Part shown: positions 18,071-30,686 of the stretch, in pieces
How positions within the stretch are numbered: the first letter of the stretch is position 1
How the letters are laid out: every line of letters starts with the position of its first letter
Assembly (NCBI GenBank): GCA_039931165.1
Contig: JBDTSL010000002.1
Span: forward strand, 71,134-135,133
Reading direction: 5' to 3'
Origin: Candidatus Doudnabacteria bacterium
Lineage (GTDB): Bacteria > Patescibacteriota > Doudnabacteria > UBA920 > O2-02-FULL-48-8
Length of the DNA stretch: 64,000 nt
Notes under the pieces: generated by a model
The model's input: the letters and a program-made list of their open reading frames with translations, nothing else
What the model was told of the DNA's origin: nothing
Database searches by the model: none
Translations under genes and position numbers: made by a program

Positions 18071-18532
18071 ATGAGCGACAAAAACAAATATCTATGGATT
18101 GTAGGTGGTTTGGTAGTAGTAGCGTTAGCAATCTGGCTGATTGCCTCAAATTCTAACAATACTTCCGGGCCAAGCAATACTTATACGCCTCAAACCCCCA
18201 CCACTCAAACTCCGCCCACCACAACACCCTCGACCGCTCCTGGCGCTGCTAGCGCTGCCTATACCGCGGCTCTGACCAAGTACGCAGCCACCCGCATTCA
18301 GATCCAGAATAATTGCCAAGTGGTGCCGAATAGATCCGTCTACAAAACCGGCACGGCCATCATGCTGGATAACCGGACCAATGTTACCCGGACGGTCAAA
18401 CTGGACAGCACTTTCGTCATCCCCGCGTTTGGCTTTAAGATAACCACGTTGTCGGGCGGGACATTGCCGCGCACAATTTTGGTGGATTGCGACAAATCCC
18501 AAAACGTCGCGACGATTACGCTAGAAAAATAA
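18071..18532 (+). CDS. hypothetical membrane-anchored protein with Thr/Pro-rich linker
   Basis: 153 aa; N-terminal TM helix, 'TPQTPTTQTPPTTTPSTAP' linker; no known domain. Confidence 0.4.
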   Translation: MSDKNKYLWIVGGLVVVALAIWLIASNSNNTSGPSNTYTPQTPTTQTPPTTTPSTAPGAASAAYTAALTKYAATRIQIQNNCQVVPNRSVYKTGTAIMLDNRTNVTRTVKLDSTFVIPAFGFKITTLSGGTLPRTILVDCDKSQNVATITLEK

Positions 18533-18545
18533 AAAAGTTAAAAAA

Positions 18546-18576
18546 AGACCAGGCTTATTCCTGGTCTTTTTTTTAT
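18546..18576. terminator. bidirectional rho-independent terminator
   Basis: agaccagg cttatt cctggtct flanked by A-run and T9. Confidence 0.75.
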
Positions 18577-18581
18577 TCTTA

Positions 18582-19094
18582 TTATTTAAATCTTACCGGT
18601 ATGGCGTAAGCCGCGTCTCGGGCAGGATCTCCGGAAGGATTGTCTTTGTTTACAATCAACACGCCGTATTGCGCGTCTTTCGGGTCAAAGGTCATTGTCA
18701 CGGAAAAAGGGACATAGTCCGCGGTCATCCAGTCGCTTTGCGCCTGCGCCGGCCCTTGAAACAATACATTGCCTTGGTCATCTTTTAAAGTCACCGGCAT
18801 GGTGGCTTCAAAAAACCAGAACCCTTTTGCTTTTCCGGAAACCTTCATCGGGCTTGAGACCAGACCGCCGTATTGCGGCTGGTCCACCACCACTTCAGGC
18901 TCAGCTGATTGCTGTTCTTCAAAAGTCCGGCCATTAATGCCGCAAGTCACCGGTTCACCGCCAGTAATAATGCCGCCGGCCGTTTGGCAGGATGAAAAAT
19001 CCGTGATGACAGGTACCGGTTTGCGCTTGATCACAAACAGGGCAATCGCGGCAAAAATAATCAGAAATGCTATTTGAAGATATTTGTTGTTCAT
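18582..19094 (-). CDS. hypothetical membrane-anchored secreted protein
   Basis: 170 aa; N-terminal TM 'IAFLIIFAAIALFVI'; no known domain. Preceded on its strand by family-2 structured element. Confidence 0.4.
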   Translation of the reverse strand: MNNKYLQIAFLIIFAAIALFVIKRKPVPVITDFSSCQTAGGIITGGEPVTCGINGRTFEEQQSAEPEVVVDQPQYGGLVSSPMKVSGKAKGFWFFEATMPVTLKDDQGNVLFQGPAQAQSDWMTADYVPFSVTMTFDPKDAQYGVLIVNKDNPSGDPARDAAYAIPVRFK

Positions 19095-19140
19095 GGGAAT
19101 AGTATAAAGAGTTATCGCTTAGGAGTAAAGAGAAATGGTG

Positions 19141-19250
19141 GCGAATCTGCGAGCGAACGTCAGTTCGCGTGGCAGTCTATTCCAATGATCAGATTGCTTC
19201 GTCGCCGCCAAATTTAACCGACTTTGAAAAAGCGGCTCCTCGCAAATGCG
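19141..19250 (-). ncRNA. structured non-coding element, family 2, copy A (minus orientation)
   Basis: Reverse complement aligns to 48551-48674. Shared atttgcgaggagcc...gacgaagcaatct.ttcatt.ggatagact.cc.cgcga.c...tcgctcgcagat with ~9-bp closing stem atttgcgag/ctcgcagat. First internal hairpin is a different sequence but still a hairpin. 5' part overlaps the rpoC intrinsic terminator gcggctc...gagccgc+U5. Confidence 0.5.
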
Positions 19251-19290
19251 TTGAGCCGCTTCATATTACTTTTTTACTTATTACTTTTTT

Positions 19291-23169
<3,879 letters not shown>

Positions 23170-23196
23170 AAATGATCTATGATCTTGGATTAAGGA

Positions 23197-26100
23197 TTAT
23201 TTCTTCAGCTTTTTCTTCTTACCCGCTTTATCGCCGGCAAATTCCAATTCTTTCACTTTCTCTTCGACTCGATCCGTGGTGGTCATTTCCCGCAGCTCGG
23301 CCGCGTCATCCAAGGCCAGTTTCTCGCCGATCAATTCCACGTTCAGGCACAACGATTGCAGTTCCTTGACCAAAACCCGGAAAGATTCCGGAACGTTCGG
23401 CTTCTTGATCGGCTCACCTTTTACGATTGATTCGTAAGTTTTGGCCCGGCCGACCACGTCGTCGGATTTTATGGTCAGCATTTCCTGCAAAGTGTGGGCG
23501 GCGCCATATCCTTCCAAAGCCCAGACTTCCATTTCCCCGAATCTCTGGCCGCCGAACTGGGCTTTGCCGCCCAATGGCTGCTGGGTGATCAGGGAGTAGG
23601 GGCCGGTGGAGCGGGCGTGCATCTTGTCGTCAACCAAATGATGCAATTTCAGCATGTAAATTATTCCGACCGTGACTTTTTCAATAAATTGCGTGCCGGT
23701 TTTGCCGTCATACAAATATACTTTCCCATCTTCCGGGTATCCGGCTCGCTTCAGTTCCGCTTTGATGATTTCTTCCGGCACACCGTCCAGAGCGGGAGAG
23801 GCGACTTTATAACCCAATTTTTTCGCGGCTAATCCCAAATGAGTTTCCAAGATCTGTCCGATGTTCATACGAGAGGCCACACCCAAAGGATTTAAAATAA
23901 TATCGACAGGTGTGCCGTCGGCCATAAATGGCATGTTCTCAACCGGGATGACCTGGGAAATAACGCCTTTATTCCCGTGCCGGCCGGCCATTTTGTCGCC
24001 AACCTGGATTTTCCGCAATACCGCCACCGAGACCTGGATCGAGCGGATAACGCCTGAAGGCAGTTTGTCGCCCTGCTCTCTGGAAAATTCGCGGATGTTC
24101 ACGACTTTGCCGTATTCGCCGTGGGGCAGGGTCAGGGAAGTGTCTTTTACGTCGCGAGATTTCTCGCCGAAAATCACGCGCAGCAGCTTTTCTTCGGCTG
24201 TCAGGTCGGTTTCGCCTTTCGGCGTAATTTTGCCGACCAAAATATCTCCGGCCTTGATCTGAGCGCCGACGCGGATAACGCCGTTCTCGTCCAGATCTTT
24301 GAGTTTTTCCTCGCCGACGTTCGGAATATCGCGGGTAATGATCTCAGGTCCCAATTTCGTATCGCGCAAGTCAACTTTAAAATCTTCTATGTGGATCGAA
24401 GAATAGCGGTCCTGTTCCACGACGCGGGAAGAGATCAGGATCGCGTCTTCATAATTTCCGCCCTCCCAGGACATGAACGCCACCAGCATGTTTTGTCCCA
24501 AAGCCAACTCGCCTTTTTCTATGGCCGCGCCATCGGCGATCGGCTGACCGGCTTTGATCTCCTGGCCTTTGGTCACGGTCGGGTGCTGGTTGATAGAGGT
24601 GGATGTATTGGAACGGATAAATTTCTGGAGCAAATATTCTTTTTTTCCGGCGGAGCCGGATCCGGCTTTGCCGGACTTGCTTGGCAAAATAATAATCTTA
24701 TCACCTGTCACGCTCAAAACTATGCCGTCGGTTTCGGAAATCACTACCTGGCCCGAGTCGTAAGCGGCTTTGGCTTCCACGCCGGTACCAACAACCGGAG
24801 AATCGGGTTTGATGCAGGACACGGCCTGGCGCTGCATGTTCGAGCCCATCAAGGCGCGGTTGGCGTCGTCATGTTCCAAAAAAGGAATAAGAGAGGTTGT
24901 GACCGAAATGATCTGCTTAGGAGAAACTTCGACGAAATCAATGTCAGCCGTTTCGGCGATCGAAGGTTCGGCGTTGACCCTGGCCGAAGTCCGCAGTTCG
25001 GTGAAAGAACCGTCCGGTTCGGAAAGAACAGTTGCTTGGGCGATAACCGTGAATTGCTCTTCGTAGGCATCCAAATACTGGATGTCGTCGGTCATCCGGG
25101 GTTTGATCTTTAAAGCGGCAAGAGTTTTGTTTAGTGATAATTTTTCGGCCGCTTCTTTGGAAATTTTCTCGCCGGCGCTGACCACCACTTCTTCATTCGC
25201 ATCGAGCAGATCAACTAAAGCCGTCTCTCCGACAGCAGCCTTGCCGTCATTGGCCACATTCTTTTTGACTTTGCGGTAAGGAGTTTCGATAAACCCAAAA
25301 TCATTGATCCTCGCATAGCTGGCCAAATGCGCCACCAGGCCGATGTTCGGGCCTTCGGGAGTGGTGATAGGACAGAGGCGCCCATAGTGGGAGCGGTGAA
25401 CATCGCGGACCTCAAACCCGGCCCGCTCGCGGGAAAGTCCTCCCGGCCCCATGGCCGAAAGCCTGCGTTTATGCTCGAGCTCGGCTAAAGGATTGGTCTG
25501 GTCCATGAACTGGGAAAGCTGCGAGGATGAGAAAAACTCCTGAATGACCGCGACGATAGGACGGACGTGGATCAGCTGGGCCGGGGTCACGGTCTCAATC
25601 TCAGCCAGTGACATCCTGTCTTTGGCAATCCTGCTCATGCGGGCCAGACCGACGCGGAATTTTTGCTGGATCAGCTCGCCGACCGCTCGGACGCGGCGGT
25701 TGGACAAATGATCGATGTCGTCCATGATTCCCTGGGAGTTGTTCAGACGGATGATCTCGCGGATTATGTCGGTTAGATCTTCTTTGGTCAGGATCCGGTC
25801 TTCGCGGTCTTTTACGTTTAGGCGCTGATTGAGTTTGTACCGCCCGACCTCGGACAGGTCATACCGGTCGGCATGAAAAAACATCGCTTCGATCAGGGAG
25901 CGGGCATTATCCACCGTGGCCAGATCCCCGGGGCGGATCCTTTTATAAACTTCCTTGTAGCCCTCATCGGCGGATTTTGACGGATCTTTTTCCAGAGTAT
26001 TTTGGATATAGCGCATGTCGGGGTTGGTATCGACATCGGCAAAAGCCGCTAAAATTTCTTCATCAGTCCCGAATTTAAAGACGCGCATCAGGGCTGTGAT

Positions 26101-26703
26101 CGGGATGCGGCGCTTGCGGTCGATTTTCACGCTGATCACGCCATTGAGGTCGGTTTCCACCTCGAGCCAAGCCCCGCGGTTGGGAATGATCTTTGCGCCA
26201 TACCAATTCCTGCCCCTGGCTGGTTCGCCTGTGAAGAACACGCCCGGAGATTTCACAAGTTGCGACACGACCACGCGCTCCACTCCGTTGATCACAAATG
26301 TGCCGCGCGGCGTCATCAATGGAAAATCACCCAAGTAGACATCTTGGGTTTTGGTCTTGCCTGTGACCTTATTGACCAGCTTTACCGAAACATACAGAGG
26401 CGCTTCGAAAGTCGTATTGCGCTCTTTGGCGGTTTTTTCGTCGTACTTCGGTTTATCCAAATAGTAATCGCCAAAAAACAATTCCAAATTCTTGCCGGTA
26501 AAGTCCTTGATGGAGTTGATTTCGGCAAAAAGTTCTTTCAAGCCCGTTTCCCACAACCATTTGTAGGATCGAATCTGCGATTCGATCAAGTTGGGCATTG
26601 CCAAAACTTCGTGAAAAGGAGTAAAAAACTTTCGGAGACCCTGTTGACGGTTGGGACCTGGCAAATTAAGGCTTAAATTAGCCATTTTTACTTTTTGAGG
26701 CAT
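23197..26703 (-). CDS. rpoB: DNA-directed RNA polymerase subunit beta
   Basis: 1168 aa; 'PNLIESQIRSY' N-terminus; 'GDKMAGRHGNKGV' rif-region/active-site motifs; 'EMEVWALEGYGAAHTLQEMLT'. Confidence 0.95.
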   Translation of the reverse strand: MPQKVKMANLSLNLPGPNRQQGLRKFFTPFHEVLAMPNLIESQIRSYKWLWETGLKELFAEINSIKDFTGKNLELFFGDYYLDKPKYDEKTAKERNTTFEAPLYVSVKLVNKVTGKTKTQDVYLGDFPLMTPRGTFVINGVERVVVSQLVKSPGVFFTGEPARGRNWYGAKIIPNRGAWLEVETDLNGVISVKIDRKRRIPITALMRVFKFGTDEEILAAFADVDTNPDMRYIQNTLEKDPSKSADEGYKEVYKRIRPGDLATVDNARSLIEAMFFHADRYDLSEVGRYKLNQRLNVKDREDRILTKEDLTDIIREIIRLNNSQGIMDDIDHLSNRRVRAVGELIQQKFRVGLARMSRIAKDRMSLAEIETVTPAQLIHVRPIVAVIQEFFSSSQLSQFMDQTNPLAELEHKRRLSAMGPGGLSRERAGFEVRDVHRSHYGRLCPITTPEGPNIGLVAHLASYARINDFGFIETPYRKVKKNVANDGKAAVGETALVDLLDANEEVVVSAGEKISKEAAEKLSLNKTLAALKIKPRMTDDIQYLDAYEEQFTVIAQATVLSEPDGSFTELRTSARVNAEPSIAETADIDFVEVSPKQIISVTTSLIPFLEHDDANRALMGSNMQRQAVSCIKPDSPVVGTGVEAKAAYDSGQVVISETDGIVLSVTGDKIIILPSKSGKAGSGSAGKKEYLLQKFIRSNTSTSINQHPTVTKGQEIKAGQPIADGAAIEKGELALGQNMLVAFMSWEGGNYEDAILISSRVVEQDRYSSIHIEDFKVDLRDTKLGPEIITRDIPNVGEEKLKDLDENGVIRVGAQIKAGDILVGKITPKGETDLTAEEKLLRVIFGEKSRDVKDTSLTLPHGEYGKVVNIREFSREQGDKLPSGVIRSIQVSVAVLRKIQVGDKMAGRHGNKGVISQVIPVENMPFMADGTPVDIILNPLGVASRMNIGQILETHLGLAAKKLGYKVASPALDGVPEEIIKAELKRAGYPEDGKVYLYDGKTGTQFIEKVTVGIIYMLKLHHLVDDKMHARSTGPYSLITQQPLGGKAQFGGQRFGEMEVWALEGYGAAHTLQEMLTIKSDDVVGRAKTYESIVKGEPIKKPNVPESFRVLVKELQSLCLNVELIGEKLALDDAAELREMTTTDRVEEKVKELEFAGDKAGKKKKLKK

Positions 26704-26991
26704 GCCTTTTAGTAGGAAAATTACTTAATAATTTATTAAACGATAAAATAATTCGCGGAAAAAATTAATCCCAGTAGAATTTGGCTAACATTAGCCATTA
26801 TATATGTTTCGAGGATACGAAACATATACCGAATTTCTTCTACAGGGCATAAAAACAACTCCCTTTTTCGCATATGCAAAAAAGAGCCGTCGTGGGCTAT
26901 ACTCTTATTAAATTAAATATCACTTGTGTATAATAAACTTTTTTAGAAAGTTGTCAAGTTTAGAGTTTTGAGACTTCGATTTTGAAAAAAC

Positions 26992-27017
26992 TAATTACGT
27001 AATTAAATATGTAATTC
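26992..27017. repeat. 26-bp terminal inverted repeat, left copy (taattacgtaattaaatatgtaattc)
   Basis: Exact reverse complement of 30615-30640; itself contains the palindrome taattacgtaatta. Confidence 0.85.
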
Positions 27018-27047
27018 AGTATATATTCGTTAGTATCCATTCTTAGA

Positions 27048-30000
27048 TTATTTGTTTTCCAGTCTACAAATTTCTAAATACGTTTGATTAACCATTTTAT
27101 CAATATTAATAATGGTTTTCTCATCAGAATAATTTTTATGTGCTAGTTTTGAAAAGTCAGATAGCTGTTTATGACGCTGATTGCTCTTAGAATATCGTGG
27201 AATAAAAACCGGAGGGCGAATCTTAAAGCTTCTTGAATCAGAGGAATTCGTAATAAACCTTTGGGTAATGGGCGCATTCAAGATTGCGCAGACAAAGTGT
27301 GCTTCGTCAGTAGAAATAAATTCTCCATCTTCTCTTTCACACATTGAAACAGCGTGATTTTGGAATACCGGGCGCTTTTTACCTCCCCAATCTGTTTCTA
27401 TTTCTTCTACAACCGCTGCCTGCCATTTTGTGTTATCGCGAAAAGTTACATATGTTTTTGCGAAGCTATATGCACCGACGCGCGCTAGTGCATAAAATTC
27501 CTTCTCCCTTTTGCCGATGATCTTCTCGTTATAGGCTGTCTGAGCTTCAATCGCCGCTTTATTATCGAGTATGTATTTAGCTAGATTGGGTGATTTCTTT
27601 CTTAGTTCACTAAGAATGAGTGGAACTCGAGTACTGAAAGATTTTTCATATGGAAAAGGTACGACAAATTCAGAATCTACATTGAGATGATACCTCTCGA
27701 TATTGATACCTTTTATTAAAGGATATACGAACATCTTTTCAAACAAAACATCCTGAGCGGGAATTTTATGTTTTGAATGTTCATTTTGATAGTTGTTTAA
27801 ATAGATCTCATTTTTTCTTTTTGGCATTTCATCGTCTATTTCAAAAAGAAATAGTTCTTGAGGGTAAAACTCAACTCCCTCTCTACCTATATAGCTAGAC
27901 TTACCGGAGATTACCCTGAATTGTTCTAAATCTTTGGATGAATCAGCGTACGAAAAGTTAGTGCTTCCTTTTATGCATTGCCCCATTAATTTATGCTCAA
28001 TCCTAAAAGAATCCCTTACTTCATCATAGCGGATATGTTCGTTAATTTTCTCTATCTTGTTACCAGATTTTTTTATAAAGAATGATACATCAATTCCTTT
28101 TTCGTAATCTGTAACTTTGTCGGAAATAAAATAGGTCAAAAATTTATGTTGTACGGGTTGAAAAGGATGTCCTGCCTTAGTCCAATCAAAGATATTTTGG
28201 AAATATAATCGTTCGCCATTAGAAAGATAGAAGTTTCGGAAACCCTCATAAGTCTGAAGGAGCATTAAGTTTTGTGGCATTAGGAATGCCAAGATGCCAT
28301 TTTTATTCAACCAGTTATCAGCCGCTACGTTAGCGATCAATGCACAGACGTTTAGATTTATGCCGCCAGTTAAACCATCGCCGGAAAATAGGTGGCGTTC
28401 AATACATAGTGATTTAATTCTGTTTCGATAACCTTCTGGTAAATTACGCCAATCAATCCAAGGAGGGTTTCCTACAATTAATTCAAATCTACCAAGGCTC
28501 GCAGTTGTGAGAAAATTAGTAACTATTCGCGCCCAAATACCATTCCATTCATTTTTTTCCAGATCAATAAATTTCTTTGCCAATTCATCAATTTTTTCAC
28601 TTATCTCTGGTATTAGTTCTTTTGAGTTGGCAAGACCCTTTATCTTTGTTGCAACTGCTGACCAGTCTAAAGATTTAATATCGTATTCAATCTCAGTCAT
28701 TGTCTGTGAAAAACGATCAGTATTTGAGACAACGCTTTTAGGTAAAACAATATCAATGGACCCCTTTAAGGTTTTAATGTGGTAACCAAGACACTCAACA
28801 TCTTTTATCTTCTGCGGTTCTGGTACATAAGATGAATCCCCGAGATAAATTGGGATATTAAAACGAATACCTTCTTCAATAAGATGTGCTGTATTTATAA
28901 AATAATTTACTCGACCTGTTAGAACCGACAAGGGATTAAGATCAATTCCTTTAACACGAGATAGTATCTCCTTTATTCTATCTGTACGATTTTCAGATTG
29001 CGTTTCCTCAAGAACTTTCTGAATGCCCACTATCAAAAAAGTACCCGAACCTGATGTTGGATCTAGCATCCTCCAATTATCCTTTTTCTTTAGTTGCGAA
29101 ATTGACTCCAGTACTAAGTTATCAGCTAGCCATGCTGGCGTGTAAAATTCTCCCAAACTATGTCGAACCTTTGAGGGCACAATATGCTGGTATAACTCTT
29201 TGAAGAGATCGTGTGTCCTTACTTGCTCATGCACAAGAACCTTATCCTCATATTTTGAAAGGACTTGTACGACTTCAACAATCTTTTTATGTATCTCTTT
29301 TGACCATTGTTGCTTTGATGCGTACCAAGAGAAATAATCACCCTCCAACAAATTGTTTATACCAATAGTCCTGAAGATCTCACCATCTTCAAGAGAGAGC
29401 ATTTTCATTTGAAGAACGGCTGAGTTGGCTTGAGCTATGTCACCAAATTCAAAAATGTTTTTATTAAAATAGATTTTACTTACCACTTTAAAAGCGATGA
29501 GCTTAACAATCAGAGCGTAGGTCGTTTGCAGAGCATAGAGGGCAAGGTATTCCTCTCTATTTGTCTTTATACCAACATCGATAGCAGTAGACAGTTCTTT
29601 GCGCCGGTCTTGCAGATCTCGTTGTTGAGAAGTGTCATCGTGAGATAGTTTGAAAAGCTCCTGCCACTCTTCAAACAACATTTCAGTCTTTGGTTTCATC
29701 TCATCGAGGAGCGTTTTGTAAAATACCTTTGTTAGTTGTTTTGCGAGATTGTCATCCAAAGGTTCACAAAAATCTCGAATTAAATTATCCGACGTGAGAG
29801 CTATCTGCTCCAATAGGATAATAGTTTTTACTAATCTATCTAATGAAGTTGGCGAAATGTCCATCCAAGCCTCTGTGTAAATTTGGCCACCCTCACTTCG
29901 GATAAACCTGCAAATAACACCATCAGTAACTAGGCCAAGATAATCTGTGGGGTTTTTTACATTTAGACCCCGCAGGTAATCTTCAAGCTGTGAGGAAGCC

Positions 30001-30380
30001 TTTTCTTTAAGTGTCGAAGTTTTTAGCTTGCTAGGATGTTTAAATTCAATAACAAATGCCCCGTACTTACTGTCGATTCTTCCTTGAGCAATATGCCTTT
30101 CTGTTCCGACGAATTTTTCTTTTTCAGGATAATACTTAAGACCAAGTTCGTTATTAATGAAGGAAAAAAGATTTAGTTCAAAACTGCTGACAACGGTTGC
30201 TTCATTTTCAGCAGTTTCGGAGCGCCTTTTAATAGCTAAAACAAGGCCCGGGAGCTTATTTCGATAGTCTGTAGAATATAATTTCTTAGTTACTGATTCA
30301 TTCATGATGTTATCTAACAAAATAGCGGCTAGTTTACCCGTTTTCTGATTTAATTCTAAACCAAATACGGCCAGACTCAA
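27048..30380 (-). CDS. Type IIG/IIL restriction-modification fusion enzyme (MmeI-family-like: PD-(D/E)xK nuclease + gamma-class N6-adenine MTase + TRD)
   Basis: 1110 aa, ~33% GC. N-terminal 'GRIDSKYGAFVIEFKHP' matches the MmeI D-x9-E-x-K nuclease motif; 'GEFYTPAW' motif X; 'MLDPTSGSGTFLI' motif I; 'GNPPWIDW' motif IV; long C-terminal target-recognition region. Confidence 0.7.
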   Translation of the reverse strand: MSLAVFGLELNQKTGKLAAILLDNIMNESVTKKLYSTDYRNKLPGLVLAIKRRSETAENEATVVSSFELNLFSFINNELGLKYYPEKEKFVGTERHIAQGRIDSKYGAFVIEFKHPSKLKTSTLKEKASSQLEDYLRGLNVKNPTDYLGLVTDGVICRFIRSEGGQIYTEAWMDISPTSLDRLVKTIILLEQIALTSDNLIRDFCEPLDDNLAKQLTKVFYKTLLDEMKPKTEMLFEEWQELFKLSHDDTSQQRDLQDRRKELSTAIDVGIKTNREEYLALYALQTTYALIVKLIAFKVVSKIYFNKNIFEFGDIAQANSAVLQMKMLSLEDGEIFRTIGINNLLEGDYFSWYASKQQWSKEIHKKIVEVVQVLSKYEDKVLVHEQVRTHDLFKELYQHIVPSKVRHSLGEFYTPAWLADNLVLESISQLKKKDNWRMLDPTSGSGTFLIVGIQKVLEETQSENRTDRIKEILSRVKGIDLNPLSVLTGRVNYFINTAHLIEEGIRFNIPIYLGDSSYVPEPQKIKDVECLGYHIKTLKGSIDIVLPKSVVSNTDRFSQTMTEIEYDIKSLDWSAVATKIKGLANSKELIPEISEKIDELAKKFIDLEKNEWNGIWARIVTNFLTTASLGRFELIVGNPPWIDWRNLPEGYRNRIKSLCIERHLFSGDGLTGGINLNVCALIANVAADNWLNKNGILAFLMPQNLMLLQTYEGFRNFYLSNGERLYFQNIFDWTKAGHPFQPVQHKFLTYFISDKVTDYEKGIDVSFFIKKSGNKIEKINEHIRYDEVRDSFRIEHKLMGQCIKGSTNFSYADSSKDLEQFRVISGKSSYIGREGVEFYPQELFLFEIDDEMPKRKNEIYLNNYQNEHSKHKIPAQDVLFEKMFVYPLIKGINIERYHLNVDSEFVVPFPYEKSFSTRVPLILSELRKKSPNLAKYILDNKAAIEAQTAYNEKIIGKREKEFYALARVGAYSFAKTYVTFRDNTKWQAAVVEEIETDWGGKKRPVFQNHAVSMCEREDGEFISTDEAHFVCAILNAPITQRFITNSSDSRSFKIRPPVFIPRYSKSNQRHKQLSDFSKLAHKNYSDEKTIINIDKMVNQTYLEICRLENK

Positions 30381-30436
30381 ACGAGTTTACTTCTTCCAAT
30401 TATTGATCCGACTTCGCCAAAGTCTTGTCTGACAAG

Positions 30437-30613
30437 TCAATTTTTCCAGTCTTTAATTATCAAATGCCTGCCCTGGAGTTTGACTACCACCTTCTGTTTC
30501 TCGCGCCAGCCGAGTTTTTCAATCATTTCTATAGGCAAAGTCACGGCTAAAGACTTCTTGCCAAGGCGAGTTATCTTGCGAATATTCTGTTCACTTTGTT
30601 TTCTGACTCCCAT
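30437..30613 (-). CDS. AbrB/MazE/SpoVT-type swapped-hairpin DNA-binding protein (58 aa), absent from the ORF track
   Basis: Hand translation MGVRKQSEQNIRKITRLGKKSLAVTLPIEMIEKLGWREKQKVVVKLQGRHLIIKDWKN. 'LAVTLPIEMIEKLGW...VVKLQGRHLII' fits the AbrB/MazE fold consensus. 56 nt upstream of the RM gene on the same strand. Confidence 0.6.
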   Translation of the reverse strand: MGVRKQSEQNIRKITRLGKKSLAVTLPIEMIEKLGWREKQKVVVKLQGRHLIIKDWKN

Positions 30614-30614
30614 G

Positions 30615-30640
30615 GAATTACATATTTAATTACGTAATTA
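30615..30640. repeat. 26-bp terminal inverted repeat, right copy
   Basis: gaattacatatttaattacgtaatta; exact reverse complement of 26992-27017; begins 2 nt upstream of the AbrB-like start codon. Confidence 0.85.
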
Positions 30641-30686
30641 AAAACCATTGCGATTTGCCTTTATTCTGGCATAATTTTATTTTTAA

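Noticed and set aside
24121-25113. 330-aa + strand ORF inside rpoB
   Set aside because: Antisense to rpoB; Gly/Arg/Asp-rich, no domain.
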